Source: a virus
Strand: one strand, 5' to 3'
Length of the DNA stretch: 64,000 nucleotides
Virus record (IMG/VR): IMGVR_UViG_3300035698_032311
Location: 1-64,000 of that record
Below the pieces are notes generated by a model, which was not told where the DNA came from, searched no databases, and was given only the letters and a program-made list of their open reading frames with translations. Positions 1 through 6,588 of the stretch are shown piece by piece (the stretch's first letter is position 1; each line of letters starts with the position of its first letter). Both the position numbers and the translations under genes were made by a program.

Positions 1-1
1 G

Positions 2-145
2 TTAATAATAAAACCATTATTAAGAAATGAAAGTATTTCTAATTTAAAAGATATAGCAGAAGGATTGCCAGATAAAAAAATGAAAGTTAAATATAAGATA
101 ATTCAACATTTTGCTAAAGAAATTTTAGAAGAAATAAAACCATGA
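2..145 (+). CDS. C-terminal fragment of a gene entering from upstream of the window (hypothetical)
   Basis: Open frame from position 2 to TGA at 143-145 (…DKKMKVKYKIIQHFAKEILEEIKP*); no recognisable domain. Confidence 0.3.
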   Translation, partial: LIIKPLLRNESISNLKDIAEGLPDKKMKVKYKIIQHFAKEILEEIKP

Positions 146-414
146 ACAAAGAAACAACAACAGGTAATCCAGAATATGTAGGAGATTGTCCAATATGTGG
201 TTATCCTTGTTTTAGGGGGGTATGGCACAATTGTTCTACTGCCCCAAAACTTGAAGATAAAATAAAACACAGTTGTATGGGGTGTGAAAAAGAATACGAG
301 CCAGACCAATACTATGCTTGGTGTAATAAATGTGGGAAGAGATTGGAAAAAGAGTTTTGGAGCTCATATTTTAGCTGGTATAAAGGATATATTTTAAAGG
401 TCAAATCTAAATAA
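142..414 (+). CDS. small Cys-rich zinc-ribbon-like protein
   Basis: 90 aa with CPICGYPC…CMGCEK…CNKCGK, i.e. multiple CxxC pairs. Confidence 0.4.
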   Translation: MNKETTTGNPEYVGDCPICGYPCFRGVWHNCSTAPKLEDKIKHSCMGCEKEYEPDQYYAWCNKCGKRLEKEFWSSYFSWYKGYILKVKSK

Positions 415-426
415 AATAACAAAACT

Positions 427-759
427 ATGAAGAAATACTACGGTCACCCCAAATTTTACGAACTATTAGAGGAGATTAAAGAAATTCACAGCTCTAAAAA
501 CCACGATTACGCTAAAACAACAGATCCATTTTCTAATCTAAAAATGTGCGAGGAGATTTATGTCAAGTGTCCACACTGTAAAAAATCACACCCTATTCCG
601 GCTCATATAGGAACTCTTATAAGAATGTCAGATAAATGGTCAAGATTAATTCAGCTCACTAAAAAAGAAGGCAAGAATGAAAGTGTAAGAGATAGCCTTA
701 TGGACTTAGCAGTATATTCGCTATTAAGAATAATACTTTTAGAAGAAGAAAAAAAATGA
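427..759 (+). CDS. small nucleotide-metabolism-associated protein (DUF1599/MazG-like guess)
   Basis: 110 aa; motif HSSKNHDY…DSLMDLAVYSLL recalls DUF1599-type phage proteins; recognised from memory only. Confidence 0.3.
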   Translation: MKKYYGHPKFYELLEEIKEIHSSKNHDYAKTTDPFSNLKMCEEIYVKCPHCKKSHPIPAHIGTLIRMSDKWSRLIQLTKKEGKNESVRDSLMDLAVYSLLRIILLEEEKK

Positions 760-1241
760 AAAAATATTTTAAATATCTTAACTATCTTATAAAGCATAAA
801 TGGTTTGTTTTTCTTGAATGTTGTAAAGAAGGAATTTTCTGGCAAGGTGTTATTCATGATTTATCCAAATTTAAGCCAGATGAATTTTTTCCCTATGCAA
901 ATCATTTTTATGGGGAAAAAAAATATCAAGATGTTAAAGATAGAAATGAAACAGGTTATTATAAACCAATTGATACAGGAGATGATGCATTTGATTTTGC
1001 TTGGTTATTGCACCAAAAAAGAAACAGGCATCATTGGCAATGGTGGATTTTGCCTTACGACAATGGAACTTTTAAGATTTTAGAAATGCCTCTTAAATAT
1101 AAAAAAGAAATGTTCTGTGATTGGAAAGGAGCGGCGAAAGCACAGGGTTATAAAGATAATACAATAGTATGGTATGAAAAACATAAAGATAAAATGCAAC
1201 TAGGTCCAGAAACTAGAGCATGGATAGAAATAAAAATATGA
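756..1241 (+). CDS. conserved phage/bacterial protein with HD-like motif (DUF5662-like)
   Basis: 161 aa; N-terminal HKWFVF.ECCK.GI.W.G..HDLSKF pattern, which I recall from DUF5662. Confidence 0.3.
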   Translation: MKKYFKYLNYLIKHKWFVFLECCKEGIFWQGVIHDLSKFKPDEFFPYANHFYGEKKYQDVKDRNETGYYKPIDTGDDAFDFAWLLHQKRNRHHWQWWILPYDNGTFKILEMPLKYKKEMFCDWKGAAKAQGYKDNTIVWYEKHKDKMQLGPETRAWIEIKI

Positions 1242-1329
1242 AAAAAAAAATCCAAAAAGAAAAAAAAGCAGAAAAAGACTAAAAGACTCAATTATTTCAA
1301 GGGTCCTAAGCAAAAAAATAAGTGAAGTT

Positions 1330-1617
1330 ATGAAAAAAATAAAAATAAAGCGAGTTTGCCATGATTGTGGCAAAGAACTCGTAATCAAAAACAAAAGAAT
1401 AATTGGGGGTAAACTTTTAGTGTATAAAGAAGGAGATAAAGAAATAAACATTTTAAAATGTAATGAATGTTTCAAGAAAAATCCTTCTTTGAATAATTTT
1501 AGAAAATGCGAAGTTTATTCAAGGATTGTCGGTTATCTCAGGCCCGTTAAACAATGGAACATAGGAAAAAAACAAGAGTTTAAGGATCGAAAAAATTTCA
1601 ATATAAAAAATGAATAA
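1330..1617 (+). CDS. stand-alone NrdD C-terminal-like protein (zinc ribbon plus glycyl-radical motif)
   Basis: 95 aa; CHDCGK…(24 aa)…CNEC zinc ribbon, then SRIVGYLRPVKQWNIGKKQEFKDRKNF. This matches the class III RNR glycyl-radical tail pattern R-x-C/V-G-Y-L…(F/W)N-x-G-K-x-x-E…R. Confidence 0.5.
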   Translation: MKKIKIKRVCHDCGKELVIKNKRIIGGKLLVYKEGDKEINILKCNECFKKNPSLNNFRKCEVYSRIVGYLRPVKQWNIGKKQEFKDRKNFNIKNE

Positions 1618-1737
1618 AAATAAACGCAGGCAACGGACCCGCCGAAATAAGAAAAAGAGAAAAAGAGCAAAGAAAAAAATGAATTGCAAAAAAACTGAAT
1701 TTAAAATATCGTAGTAGAAGTAGAAAAAAATTAAAAT

Positions 1738-1808
1738 TCCGAAGTAATGTAATGGTCGCATAGGAGACTTTGATCCTCCTAATCTAGGTTCGAATCCTAG
1801 CTTCGGAG
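1738..1808 (+). tRNA. tRNA-Gln (anticodon TTG)
   Basis: Manual cloverleaf: acceptor tccgaag/cttcgga, T-arm ctagg-ttcgaat-cctag, anticodon loop ctTTGat. Confidence 0.55.
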
Positions 1809-1813
1809 CATAT

Positions 1814-1888
1814 TCCAACGTGGACAAGCAGTATGTCGTCTGTCTCATAAGCAGAAAATCGTAGGTGCAATTCCTACCGTTGGAACCA
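1814..1888 (+). tRNA. tRNA-Met/Ile2-type (anticodon CAT), CCA encoded
   Basis: Acceptor tccaacg/cgttgga plus A plus CCA; anticodon arm tctgt-ctCATaa-gcaga; T-arm gtagg-tgcaatt-cctac. Confidence 0.6.
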
Positions 1889-1889
1889 T

Positions 1890-1975
1890 GGAAGATTGTC
1901 GGGGAAATGGCTATCCCACCTCTCTTGAAAAGAGGAGCTGTAAAAGGCGTGTAGGTTCGAGTCCTACATCTTCCG
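1890..1975 (+). tRNA. tRNA-Ser (anticodon TGA)
   Basis: 86 nt with long variable arm; anticodon arm cctct-ctTGAaa-agagg; T-arm gtagg-ttcgagt-cctac; acceptor ggaagat/atcttcc. Confidence 0.65.
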
Positions 1976-2003
1976 CAGCAAGTAAGTGTGTTGTCTGTTG
2001 TAC

Positions 2004-2089
2004 GGAAGAATATCCAAAATGGACAAGGAAGCGGTTTGCTAAACCGTAAAGGGTAAAAACCTTTGTAGGTTCGAGTCCTACTTCTTCCG
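2004..2089 (+). tRNA. tRNA-Ser (anticodon GCT)
   Basis: 86 nt; anticodon arm gcggt-ttGCTaa-accgt; long variable stem aaaggg/cctttg; T-arm gtagg-ttcgagt-cctac. Confidence 0.6.
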
Positions 2090-2212
2090 CCTATGTTTTT
2101 AATACCAAGTGACATACCTCTATTATTAGAGGCATTAAAGGAAAAAGGATTTATAACTAAAAAAGAATTGATTAGCTATTTAATTAGTTTCTTAATTCGT
2201 TTAATATAAATA

Positions 2213-2286
2213 AGCCAATGTAGCTCAATTTGGCAGAGCAGTTGCTTTGTAAGCATCAGGTTGGGGGTTCGATGCCCTTCATTGGC
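2213..2286 (+). tRNA. tRNA-Thr (anticodon TGT)
   Basis: Acceptor gccaatg/cattggc; D-arm gctc..gagc; anticodon loop ttTGTaa; T-loop ttcgatg. Confidence 0.5.
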
Positions 2287-2292
2287 TCATAT

Positions 2293-2365
2293 ACTACCCT
2301 GTCCTAATTGGCAAAGGAGAAAGTCTTAGACACTTTTTATCTGGGTTCGAGTCCCAGGGGTAGTA
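2293..2365 (+). tRNA. tRNA with Leu-type anticodon TAG but short (4-nt) variable loop
   Basis: Acceptor actaccc/gggtagt, D tcct..agga, anticodon arm aaagt-ctTAGac-acttt, T-arm ctggg-ttcgagt-cccag, discriminator A. Confidence 0.45.
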
Positions 2366-2371
2366 CTATAT

Positions 2372-2444
2372 GTGCCAGTAGCCCAATGGCAGAGGCAACA
2401 GATTTAAGTCCTGTTCAGTGTAGGTTCGAATCCTACTTGGCACA
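2372..2444 (+). tRNA. tRNA with Leu-type anticodon TAA but short variable loop
   Basis: Acceptor gtgccag/ttggcac; anticodon arm acaga-ttTAAgt-cctgt (one A-C closing mismatch); T-arm gtagg-ttcgaat-cctac. Confidence 0.45.
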
Positions 2445-2450
2445 CAAAAT

Positions 2451-2525
2451 GCCACTATGATGCAATTTGGTAGACATATTAGTTTCAAAAACTAAAAATT
2501 GAAGGTTCGAATCCTTCTAGTGGCA
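2451..2525 (+). tRNA. tRNA with Leu-type anticodon CAA but short variable loop
   Basis: Acceptor gccacta/tagtggc; anticodon arm ttagt-ttCAAaa-actaa; T-arm gaagg-ttcgaat-ccttc. Confidence 0.45.
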
Positions 2526-2531
2526 TATAAG

Positions 2532-2602
2532 GGCTTCATCTTCTAGTGGCAGGAAACAAGATTCTCAATCTTGTAACAAGAGTTCAATTCTCTTTGAAGC
2601 CA
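2532..2602 (+). tRNA. tRNA-Glu (anticodon CTC)
   Basis: Acceptor ggcttca/tgaagcc; anticodon arm caaga-ttCTCaa-tcttg; T-arm aagag-ttcaatt-ctctt. Confidence 0.55.
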
Positions 2603-2607
2603 CAAAT

Positions 2608-2678
2608 GACCTTATCAGCTAATGGCAGGCTAGAAGACTTTCATTCTTCCAATGTGGGTTCAACTCCCGCTAGGGTCG
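2608..2678 (+). tRNA. tRNA-Glu (anticodon TTC)
   Basis: Acceptor gacctta/tagggtc; anticodon arm gaaga-ctTTCat-tcttc; T-arm gtggg-ttcaact-cccgc. Confidence 0.55.
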
Positions 2679-2689
2679 CAAATAAAGAT

Positions 2690-2763
2690 GGGAATGTAGC
2701 TTAATAAGGCAGAGCAATTCTCTCTTAAAGAAAAGGTTAAAGGTTCGATTCCTTTCATTCCCA
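2690..2763 (+). tRNA. tRNA-Lys (anticodon CTT)
   Basis: Acceptor gggaatg/cattccc; D gctt..gagc; anticodon loop ctCTTaa; T-arm aaagg-ttcgatt-ccttt. Confidence 0.5.
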
Positions 2764-2773
2764 CTATTGAAGA

Positions 2774-2845
2774 TGGCTTATAGTTCAACGGTAGAACACT
2801 TCTCTGATAAAGAAGAAGTTATAGGTTCAATTCCTATTAAGCCAA
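2774..2845 (+). tRNA. tRNA-Ile (anticodon GAT)
   Basis: Acceptor tggctta/taagcca; D gttc..gaac; anticodon arm cttct-ctGATaa-agaag; T-arm atagg-ttcaatt-cctat. Confidence 0.6.
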
Positions 2846-2959
2846 CAATATTTATTATTAGAATATATAAATAAATGAATTGTAAGAGGTTGCCGATTAA
2901 TAAGGCAAAATAAATTTTCAAAAGAAGATTTAATTGATAACTCTATATAATTCATAAAA

Positions 2960-3031
2960 ACCCCATTAACTCAACAGACAGAGTATTAGCCTTCGAAGCT
3001 AAAAATCTGGGTGCGAATCCTAGATGGGGTA
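2960..3031 (+). tRNA. tRNA-Arg (anticodon TCG)
   Basis: Acceptor accccat/atggggt; D actc..gagt; anticodon arm ttagc-ctTCGaa-gctaa; T-arm ctggg-tgcgaat-cctag. Confidence 0.55.
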
Positions 3032-3032
3032 C

Positions 3033-3104
3033 AGGGATATAGCTTAAAAGTAAAGCTCTATTCTTATAAAATAGAAGATATGGGTGCAAGTCCTATTATC
3101 CCTA
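3033..3104 (+). tRNA. tRNA-Ile (anticodon TAT, reads ATA)
   Basis: Acceptor agggata/tatccct; anticodon arm ctatt-ctTATaa-aatag; T-arm atggg-tgcaagt-cctat. Confidence 0.55.
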
Positions 3105-3110
3105 CTATAC

Positions 3111-3182
3111 TGCAGGGTCATCTAATCGGTAGGATATGAGATTCTGACTCTCATAATTTAGGTTCGAATCCTAATCCTGCAA
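3111..3182 (+). tRNA. tRNA-Gln (anticodon CTG)
   Basis: Acceptor tgcaggg/tcctgca; D atct..ggat; anticodon arm tgaga-ttCTGac-tctca; T-arm ttagg-ttcgaat-cctaa. Confidence 0.5.
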
Positions 3183-3187
3183 CATAA

Positions 3188-3261
3188 GGGAATATAACTC
3201 AATTTGGTAGAGTACCTGTCTTTTAAACAGGAGATTCTAGGTTCGATTCCTAGTATTCCCA
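3188..3261 (+). tRNA. tRNA-Lys (anticodon TTT)
   Basis: Acceptor gggaata/tattccc; anticodon arm cctgt-ctTTTaa-acagg; T-arm ctagg-ttcgatt-cctag. Confidence 0.65.
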
Positions 3262-3264
3262 CAC

Positions 3265-3405
3265 GGAGGCAGAAGACATTGGTCTGAAGCACATTGCAAA
3301 ATCTTATCTCATTCTAGTAGCGGGTAAGTGCGTGAAGTGTATCGATGAAAAAGAGACTTGCTAGAAGTTCTTGAGTAGTTGTTGGTTCAACTCCAACTGC
3401 TTCCA
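3265..3405 (+). tRNA. aberrant 141-nt tRNA-like locus (insertion-disrupted or degenerate tRNA)
   Basis: Perfect T-arm gttgg-ttcaact-ccaac followed by tgcttcc plus A. A 7-nt 5' partner ggaggca (6 WC plus 1 GU) lies 130 nt upstream. No canonical D or anticodon arm could be folded in between. Confidence 0.3.
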
Positions 3406-3454
3406 CAAAAACATGATTATAAAACTAACAATAATAAAGTATTAAAATTCAACA

Positions 3455-3525
3455 AGACCTAGTTACCGAGTAGTCAGGTGGGAGTCTGCAAAACTCTCTA
3501 CATAGGTGCAAATCCTATCTAGGTC
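3455..3525 (+). tRNA. tRNA-Cys (anticodon GCA)
   Basis: Acceptor gacctag/ctaggtc; anticodon arm ggagt-ctGCAaa-actct; T-arm atagg-tgcaaat-cctat. Confidence 0.55.
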
Positions 3526-3526
3526 T

Positions 3527-3817
3527 CATTTAGATATGATTGTGGCAGAATAGACGATAAACCAATATACCAAACGCAATAACTATTAGGCGAAGAAGGT
3601 GGCAAGTCATCTCCAGAGTTCTTGATACGCTTAATGGGAACTGAAGTTTGGTTGATAAGCAAAAAGAACCAGAAGCGATGTTGGTCTAAAAAGTATTGCA
3701 TTATGTTCTACCTGTAGCTGGTAATAAACCAGAAGTAAAAACTGTGAGGGAAGCGGTAGAGATACGCCTCACACTGTAGGGTGGAATATCGAGAATCCCT
3801 ACCAATCATATCTAAAT
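3527..3817. other. 291-bp element bounded by a perfect 15-bp terminal inverted repeat (MITE-like insertion or structured RNA)
   Basis: atttagatatgattg at 3527-3541 is the exact reverse complement of caatcatatctaaat at 3803-3817. The element sits precisely between tRNA-Cys and tRNA-Arg. The interior has an internal hairpin gtaggg…ccctac and no convincing ORF. Confidence 0.45.
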
Positions 3818-3820
3818 AAT

Positions 3821-3893
3821 ACCCCTGTCATCCAATTGGATAGGATACTGGTCTTCTAAACCTGAAATAGTGGTTCGAGTCCACTTGGGGGTA
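3821..3893 (+). tRNA. tRNA-Arg (anticodon TCT)
   Basis: Acceptor acccctg/tgggggt (two GU); D atcc..ggat; anticodon loop ctTCTaa; T-arm agtgg-ttcgagt-ccact. Confidence 0.5.
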
Positions 3894-3899
3894 CATTTT

Positions 3900-3971
3900 G
3901 CCAACGTAGCTCAATGGTAGAGCATTCGCTTGAAAAGCGAGGGGTAATAGGTCCAATTCCTATCGGTGGCA
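3900..3971 (+). tRNA. tRNA-Phe (anticodon GAA)
   Basis: Acceptor gccaacg/cggtggc; D gctc..gagc; anticodon arm ttcgc-ttGAAaa-gcgag; T-arm atagg-tccaatt-cctat. Confidence 0.55.
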
Positions 3972-4009
3972 CTGACAAAAATATTTAATTAGTATAAATA
4001 AACGATAAT

Positions 4010-4097
4010 GGCAAGGTGTGCCGAATGGTGAAGGCACTAGTCTGTAAAACTAGCACCCTAGTGGTAAACATTACAGGTTCGATTCCTGTCCTTGTCA
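4010..4097 (+). tRNA. tRNA-Tyr (anticodon GTA), class II
   Basis: 88 nt; acceptor ggcaagg/ccttgtc; D tgcc..ggca; anticodon arm ctagt-ctGTAaa-actag; long variable arm; T-arm acagg-ttcgatt-cctgt. Confidence 0.6.
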
Positions 4098-4102
4098 CAT
4101 AT

Positions 4103-4174
4103 TTCCGTGTAGTTTAACGGCAAAACAGCTGTGTTACATACAGAAGAGTGTAGGTTCAACTCCTATCACGGAAA
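4103..4174 (+). tRNA. tRNA-Val (anticodon TAC)
   Basis: Acceptor ttccgtg/cacggaa; D gttt..aaac; anticodon loop gtTACat; T-arm gtagg-ttcaact-cctat. Confidence 0.5.
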
Positions 4175-4193
4175 CAGTTGAATTAATTTTTAT

Positions 4194-4264
4194 TCCTCCG
4201 TAGTATAATGGTAATACACTTCTCTGTTAAAGAAGAATTAGCGGTTCGAATCCACTCGGAGGAG
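4194..4264 (+). tRNA. tRNA-Asn (anticodon GTT)
   Basis: Acceptor tcctccg/cggagga; D gtat..atac; anticodon arm cttct-ctGTTaa-agaag; T-loop ttcgaat. Confidence 0.6.
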
Positions 4265-4391
4265 CTAAATAGTATATCTTTCATTTTAATAGTAGTACCT
4301 ATGTACAAAAACGTCTAAATATGATATAATATACTTATAAAGGTCAAAAATATCAATAAAGGTCAATTTAATATAAAAATAAAATAAGACA

Positions 4392-4748
4392 ATGACTAAC
4401 AATACAACAAAAGAAGAAAAATGGGAAGAAGTTAAACCTGGAATTTGGGATTATGTAAATGAGCCAATCTTAATTGGAAATCTCATTGAAATAAAAACTA
4501 ACGTAGGTCCAAATTCATCAAAATTATATACTATTCAGAAAGATGATGACACTTTACTTTCAGTTTGGGGCACTACAATATTAGATGCAAGACTTCAATT
4601 TGTTACTGTTGGAGAGAGAGTTAAAGTTGAATTTACAGGAAAGGGTACACCTAAACCAGGTCGAAAGCCAACATTACTTTTTACAGTATATCATTCTTTA
4701 GCAAAACACGAAGAAAATTTATTAGAAGAAGACGTTCAACTTGATTAG
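4392..4748 (+). CDS. hypothetical protein
   Basis: 118-aa ORF immediately after the tRNA array; no recognisable motif. Confidence 0.35.
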   Translation: MTNNTTKEEKWEEVKPGIWDYVNEPILIGNLIEIKTNVGPNSSKLYTIQKDDDTLLSVWGTTILDARLQFVTVGERVKVEFTGKGTPKPGRKPTLLFTVYHSLAKHEENLLEEDVQLD

Positions 4749-4977
4749 TATGAAGAAACAAATTAATGAAAGAATATTAAAAACATATGGAAGTGTAATA
4801 ATTTCAAGACGTCAGGGGATACTTTTAGCAAAAAAGTTGAAAGATGAAGGTGATATTCGATTAATATTAATTGGAGGTGTAGAAGGAATTGAAGACAAGC
4901 CGACTCATACTGATGGAATGTTAGATTGTTATTTTAAAGTAAAAATGGTCAGAGTTGAAAGTATTAAACCGTGTTAA
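4741..4977 (+). CDS. hypothetical protein
   Basis: 78-aa ORF, overlaps neighbours by a few nt (operon-like). Confidence 0.3.
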   Translation: MISMKKQINERILKTYGSVIISRRQGILLAKKLKDEGDIRLILIGGVEGIEDKPTHTDGMLDCYFKVKMVRVESIKPC

Positions 4978-5182
4978 TAAAATGAAAAATAATTTAAAAC
5001 AAAATTCTCAGCAATTATTGAAACTTTCAGAAGTTGCAAAATATCTTCGTGTTAGTATGAGAACAGTATATAGATATATTTTATCTGGTAAATTAAAAGC
5101 TCATAAAATGCCTGCATGGAGAGTAAAAAAAGCAGATTTAAATACTTTTTTAGATAAATGTGCTAACTATGAAACCAAATAA
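4955..5182 (+). CDS. HTH DNA-binding protein, excisionase/AlpA/MerR-like
   Basis: LLKLSEVAKYLRVSMRTVYRYILSGKLKAHKM..WRV.KADL is a typical helix-turn-helix of the excisionase (HTH_17-type) family. Confidence 0.5.
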   Translation: MKVLNRVNKMKNNLKQNSQQLLKLSEVAKYLRVSMRTVYRYILSGKLKAHKMPAWRVKKADLNTFLDKCANYETK

Positions 5183-5354
5183 AGAAGTGATTAAAACACA
5201 AATTTCAAATCAATTAAAACTTCATTGGTTTTGGCTTAAAAAATTAGAAGATAAAGATATTATTGTTTTTATAAATTGGACTATTGATACATGGTGGAAT
5301 GGAGAACCCAAGATAAAAGCAAGAACTTTAAGAGAAAATATTAGCATTAAATGA
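5160..5354 (+). CDS. hypothetical protein
   Basis: 64-aa ORF. Confidence 0.25.
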   Translation: MLTMKPNKEVIKTQISNQLKLHWFWLKKLEDKDIIVFINWTIDTWWNGEPKIKARTLRENISIK

Positions 5355-5412
5355 AATCTAAAAGATTAAAATATATTCTATTGAGTAAAAAGAATATTAC
5401 TCTTAACAAAAT

Positions 5413-5604
5413 ATGCCAACAAGTAATTCAATATATAAAGGTAAAGGAGTTCGAATAGAATCAGATAAATATGAAAGTTGGTATGGTTGGAGAAAAGATA
5501 AAAAATCTGAAAGGTCGAAAAGTTGGCGTAAAAGACAAAGTCAAAGTGCTTATAAATACCATAAAAAAATACGAAAACAAAAAGTAATAGATCATGACAT
5601 ATAA
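5413..5604 (+). CDS. small highly basic protein
   Basis: 63 aa, K/R-rich (…RKDKKSERSKSWRKRQSQSAYKYHKKIRKQ…). Confidence 0.3.
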   Translation: MPTSNSIYKGKGVRIESDKYESWYGWRKDKKSERSKSWRKRQSQSAYKYHKKIRKQKVIDHDI

Positions 5605-5812
5605 ACAACGACTTAGACAAATAAAAATTACATTGAAAAGACCATATCATGTATTTACTCTTGCTCCAAGAGCACGCAGTGTTAAAGAAAGGATTTTAAT
5701 ATTAGAAGCAGCAAACAAAGAAGTTTTATCTTTTTCAGGTGAAAGCAGGTTCAGTTGTATAAAAGAAGCAGAAAAATATATCAAACAACTTAAAGACACT
5801 GGAAATCTATAA
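5594..5812 (+). CDS. hypothetical protein
   Basis: 72-aa ORF. Confidence 0.3.
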   Translation: MTYKQRLRQIKITLKRPYHVFTLAPRARSVKERILILEAANKEVLSFSGESRFSCIKEAEKYIKQLKDTGNL

Positions 5813-6031
5813 TTGTACTAACGACTTTCTGGCTTCGGCGAGAAAATACGTAGAAGGAGAAGGTTTAATTACTTTTTACGAAGTAAGGAACCATACATTC
5901 TTTTGGAAGGTTGAAATTTCTTTTAAGGAGGAATTTCCCTTCGGATAATTTTCTAACCGAGAGGTAGTATGGACTAGCTTTCTCCTTTAAATTTAAAAGT
6001 CGAAAAATATTAATTAACTTGTTATATTAGT

Positions 6032-6340
6032 ATGGAAGAAGAAAATAAAGTAGAAGAAGAAACTGAAGAATCTTTAGAAAATAAACCTGTTGATGAAGAA
6101 AAAGAAGAAGAATTAGAAGATGATGTTAAAGAAGGCACTGAAGACAAAGAAGAGGACGAAGAAGAGGATGATGAAGAAGAAGATGATGAAGAAGAAGACG
6201 AAAAAGAGGATGATGAAGAAGATGATGAAGAAGATGAAGAAGAGGATGAAGAAGAAGATGAAGAAGAAAGTGATGAAAAAGATGAAGAAGAAAGTGATGA
6301 AAAAGATGAAGAAGGGGATAAAAAAGAAGATGAAGAATAA
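6032..6340 (+). CDS. extremely acidic E/D-rich low-complexity protein
   Basis: 102 aa, >70% Glu/Asp (GAA/GAT repeats). Overlapping ORFs in other frames are repeat artefacts. Confidence 0.5.
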   Translation: MEEENKVEEETEESLENKPVDEEKEEELEDDVKEGTEDKEEDEEEDDEEEDDEEEDEKEDDEEDDEEDEEEDEEEDEEESDEKDEEESDEKDEEGDKKEDEE

Positions 6341-6345
6341 ATAGC

Positions 6346-6564
6346 ATGACACGAAAATATTGTGACATTTGTGGAAAAGAGATTGTGGCTGATTCTTTAT
6401 TTGGGTTATTAGTCAGGTTTGTAAAAACACCGTTTTTTGACAAGAAAACCCAAGTAATGGAAATGAAAGTGAAAGAAGAACATCTTGAGTTGTGTGAAAA
6501 ATGCACTGAGCAAATTTCACAAAAACTTTCTGAAATGAGTAAGAAAGTTAAAAAGGTCAAATAA
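6346..6564 (+). CDS. zinc-ribbon protein
   Basis: 72 aa with CDICGK…CEKC. Confidence 0.4.
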   Translation: MTRKYCDICGKEIVADSLFGLLVRFVKTPFFDKKTQVMEMKVKEEHLELCEKCTEQISQKLSEMSKKVKKVK

Positions 6565-6588
6565 AATTAATTAGAGTCATTAAAGACC

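Noticed and set aside
1519-2115. 198-aa minus-strand ORF
   Set aside because: It lies entirely across four well-formed plus-strand tRNA genes, has no RBS, and has odd composition, so it is a spurious antisense frame.
2846-2959. Hairpin gttgcc…ggcaa in the gap between tRNA-Ile and tRNA-Arg
   Set aside because: It has no T-loop or acceptor pairing. It is probably a simple spacer hairpin or processing signal, not a tRNA.
3519-3701. 60-aa minus ORF inside the IR-bounded element
   Set aside because: It has no RBS and starts within the terminal inverted repeat. It is more likely a chance frame in a non-coding element.
6113-6560. K-rich, F-rich and H/L-rich ORFs overlapping the acidic protein gene on other frames/strand
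   Set aside because: They are frame and antisense artefacts of the GAA/GAT trinucleotide repeat. Only the E/D-rich frame has a start context and fits neighbouring gene spacing.
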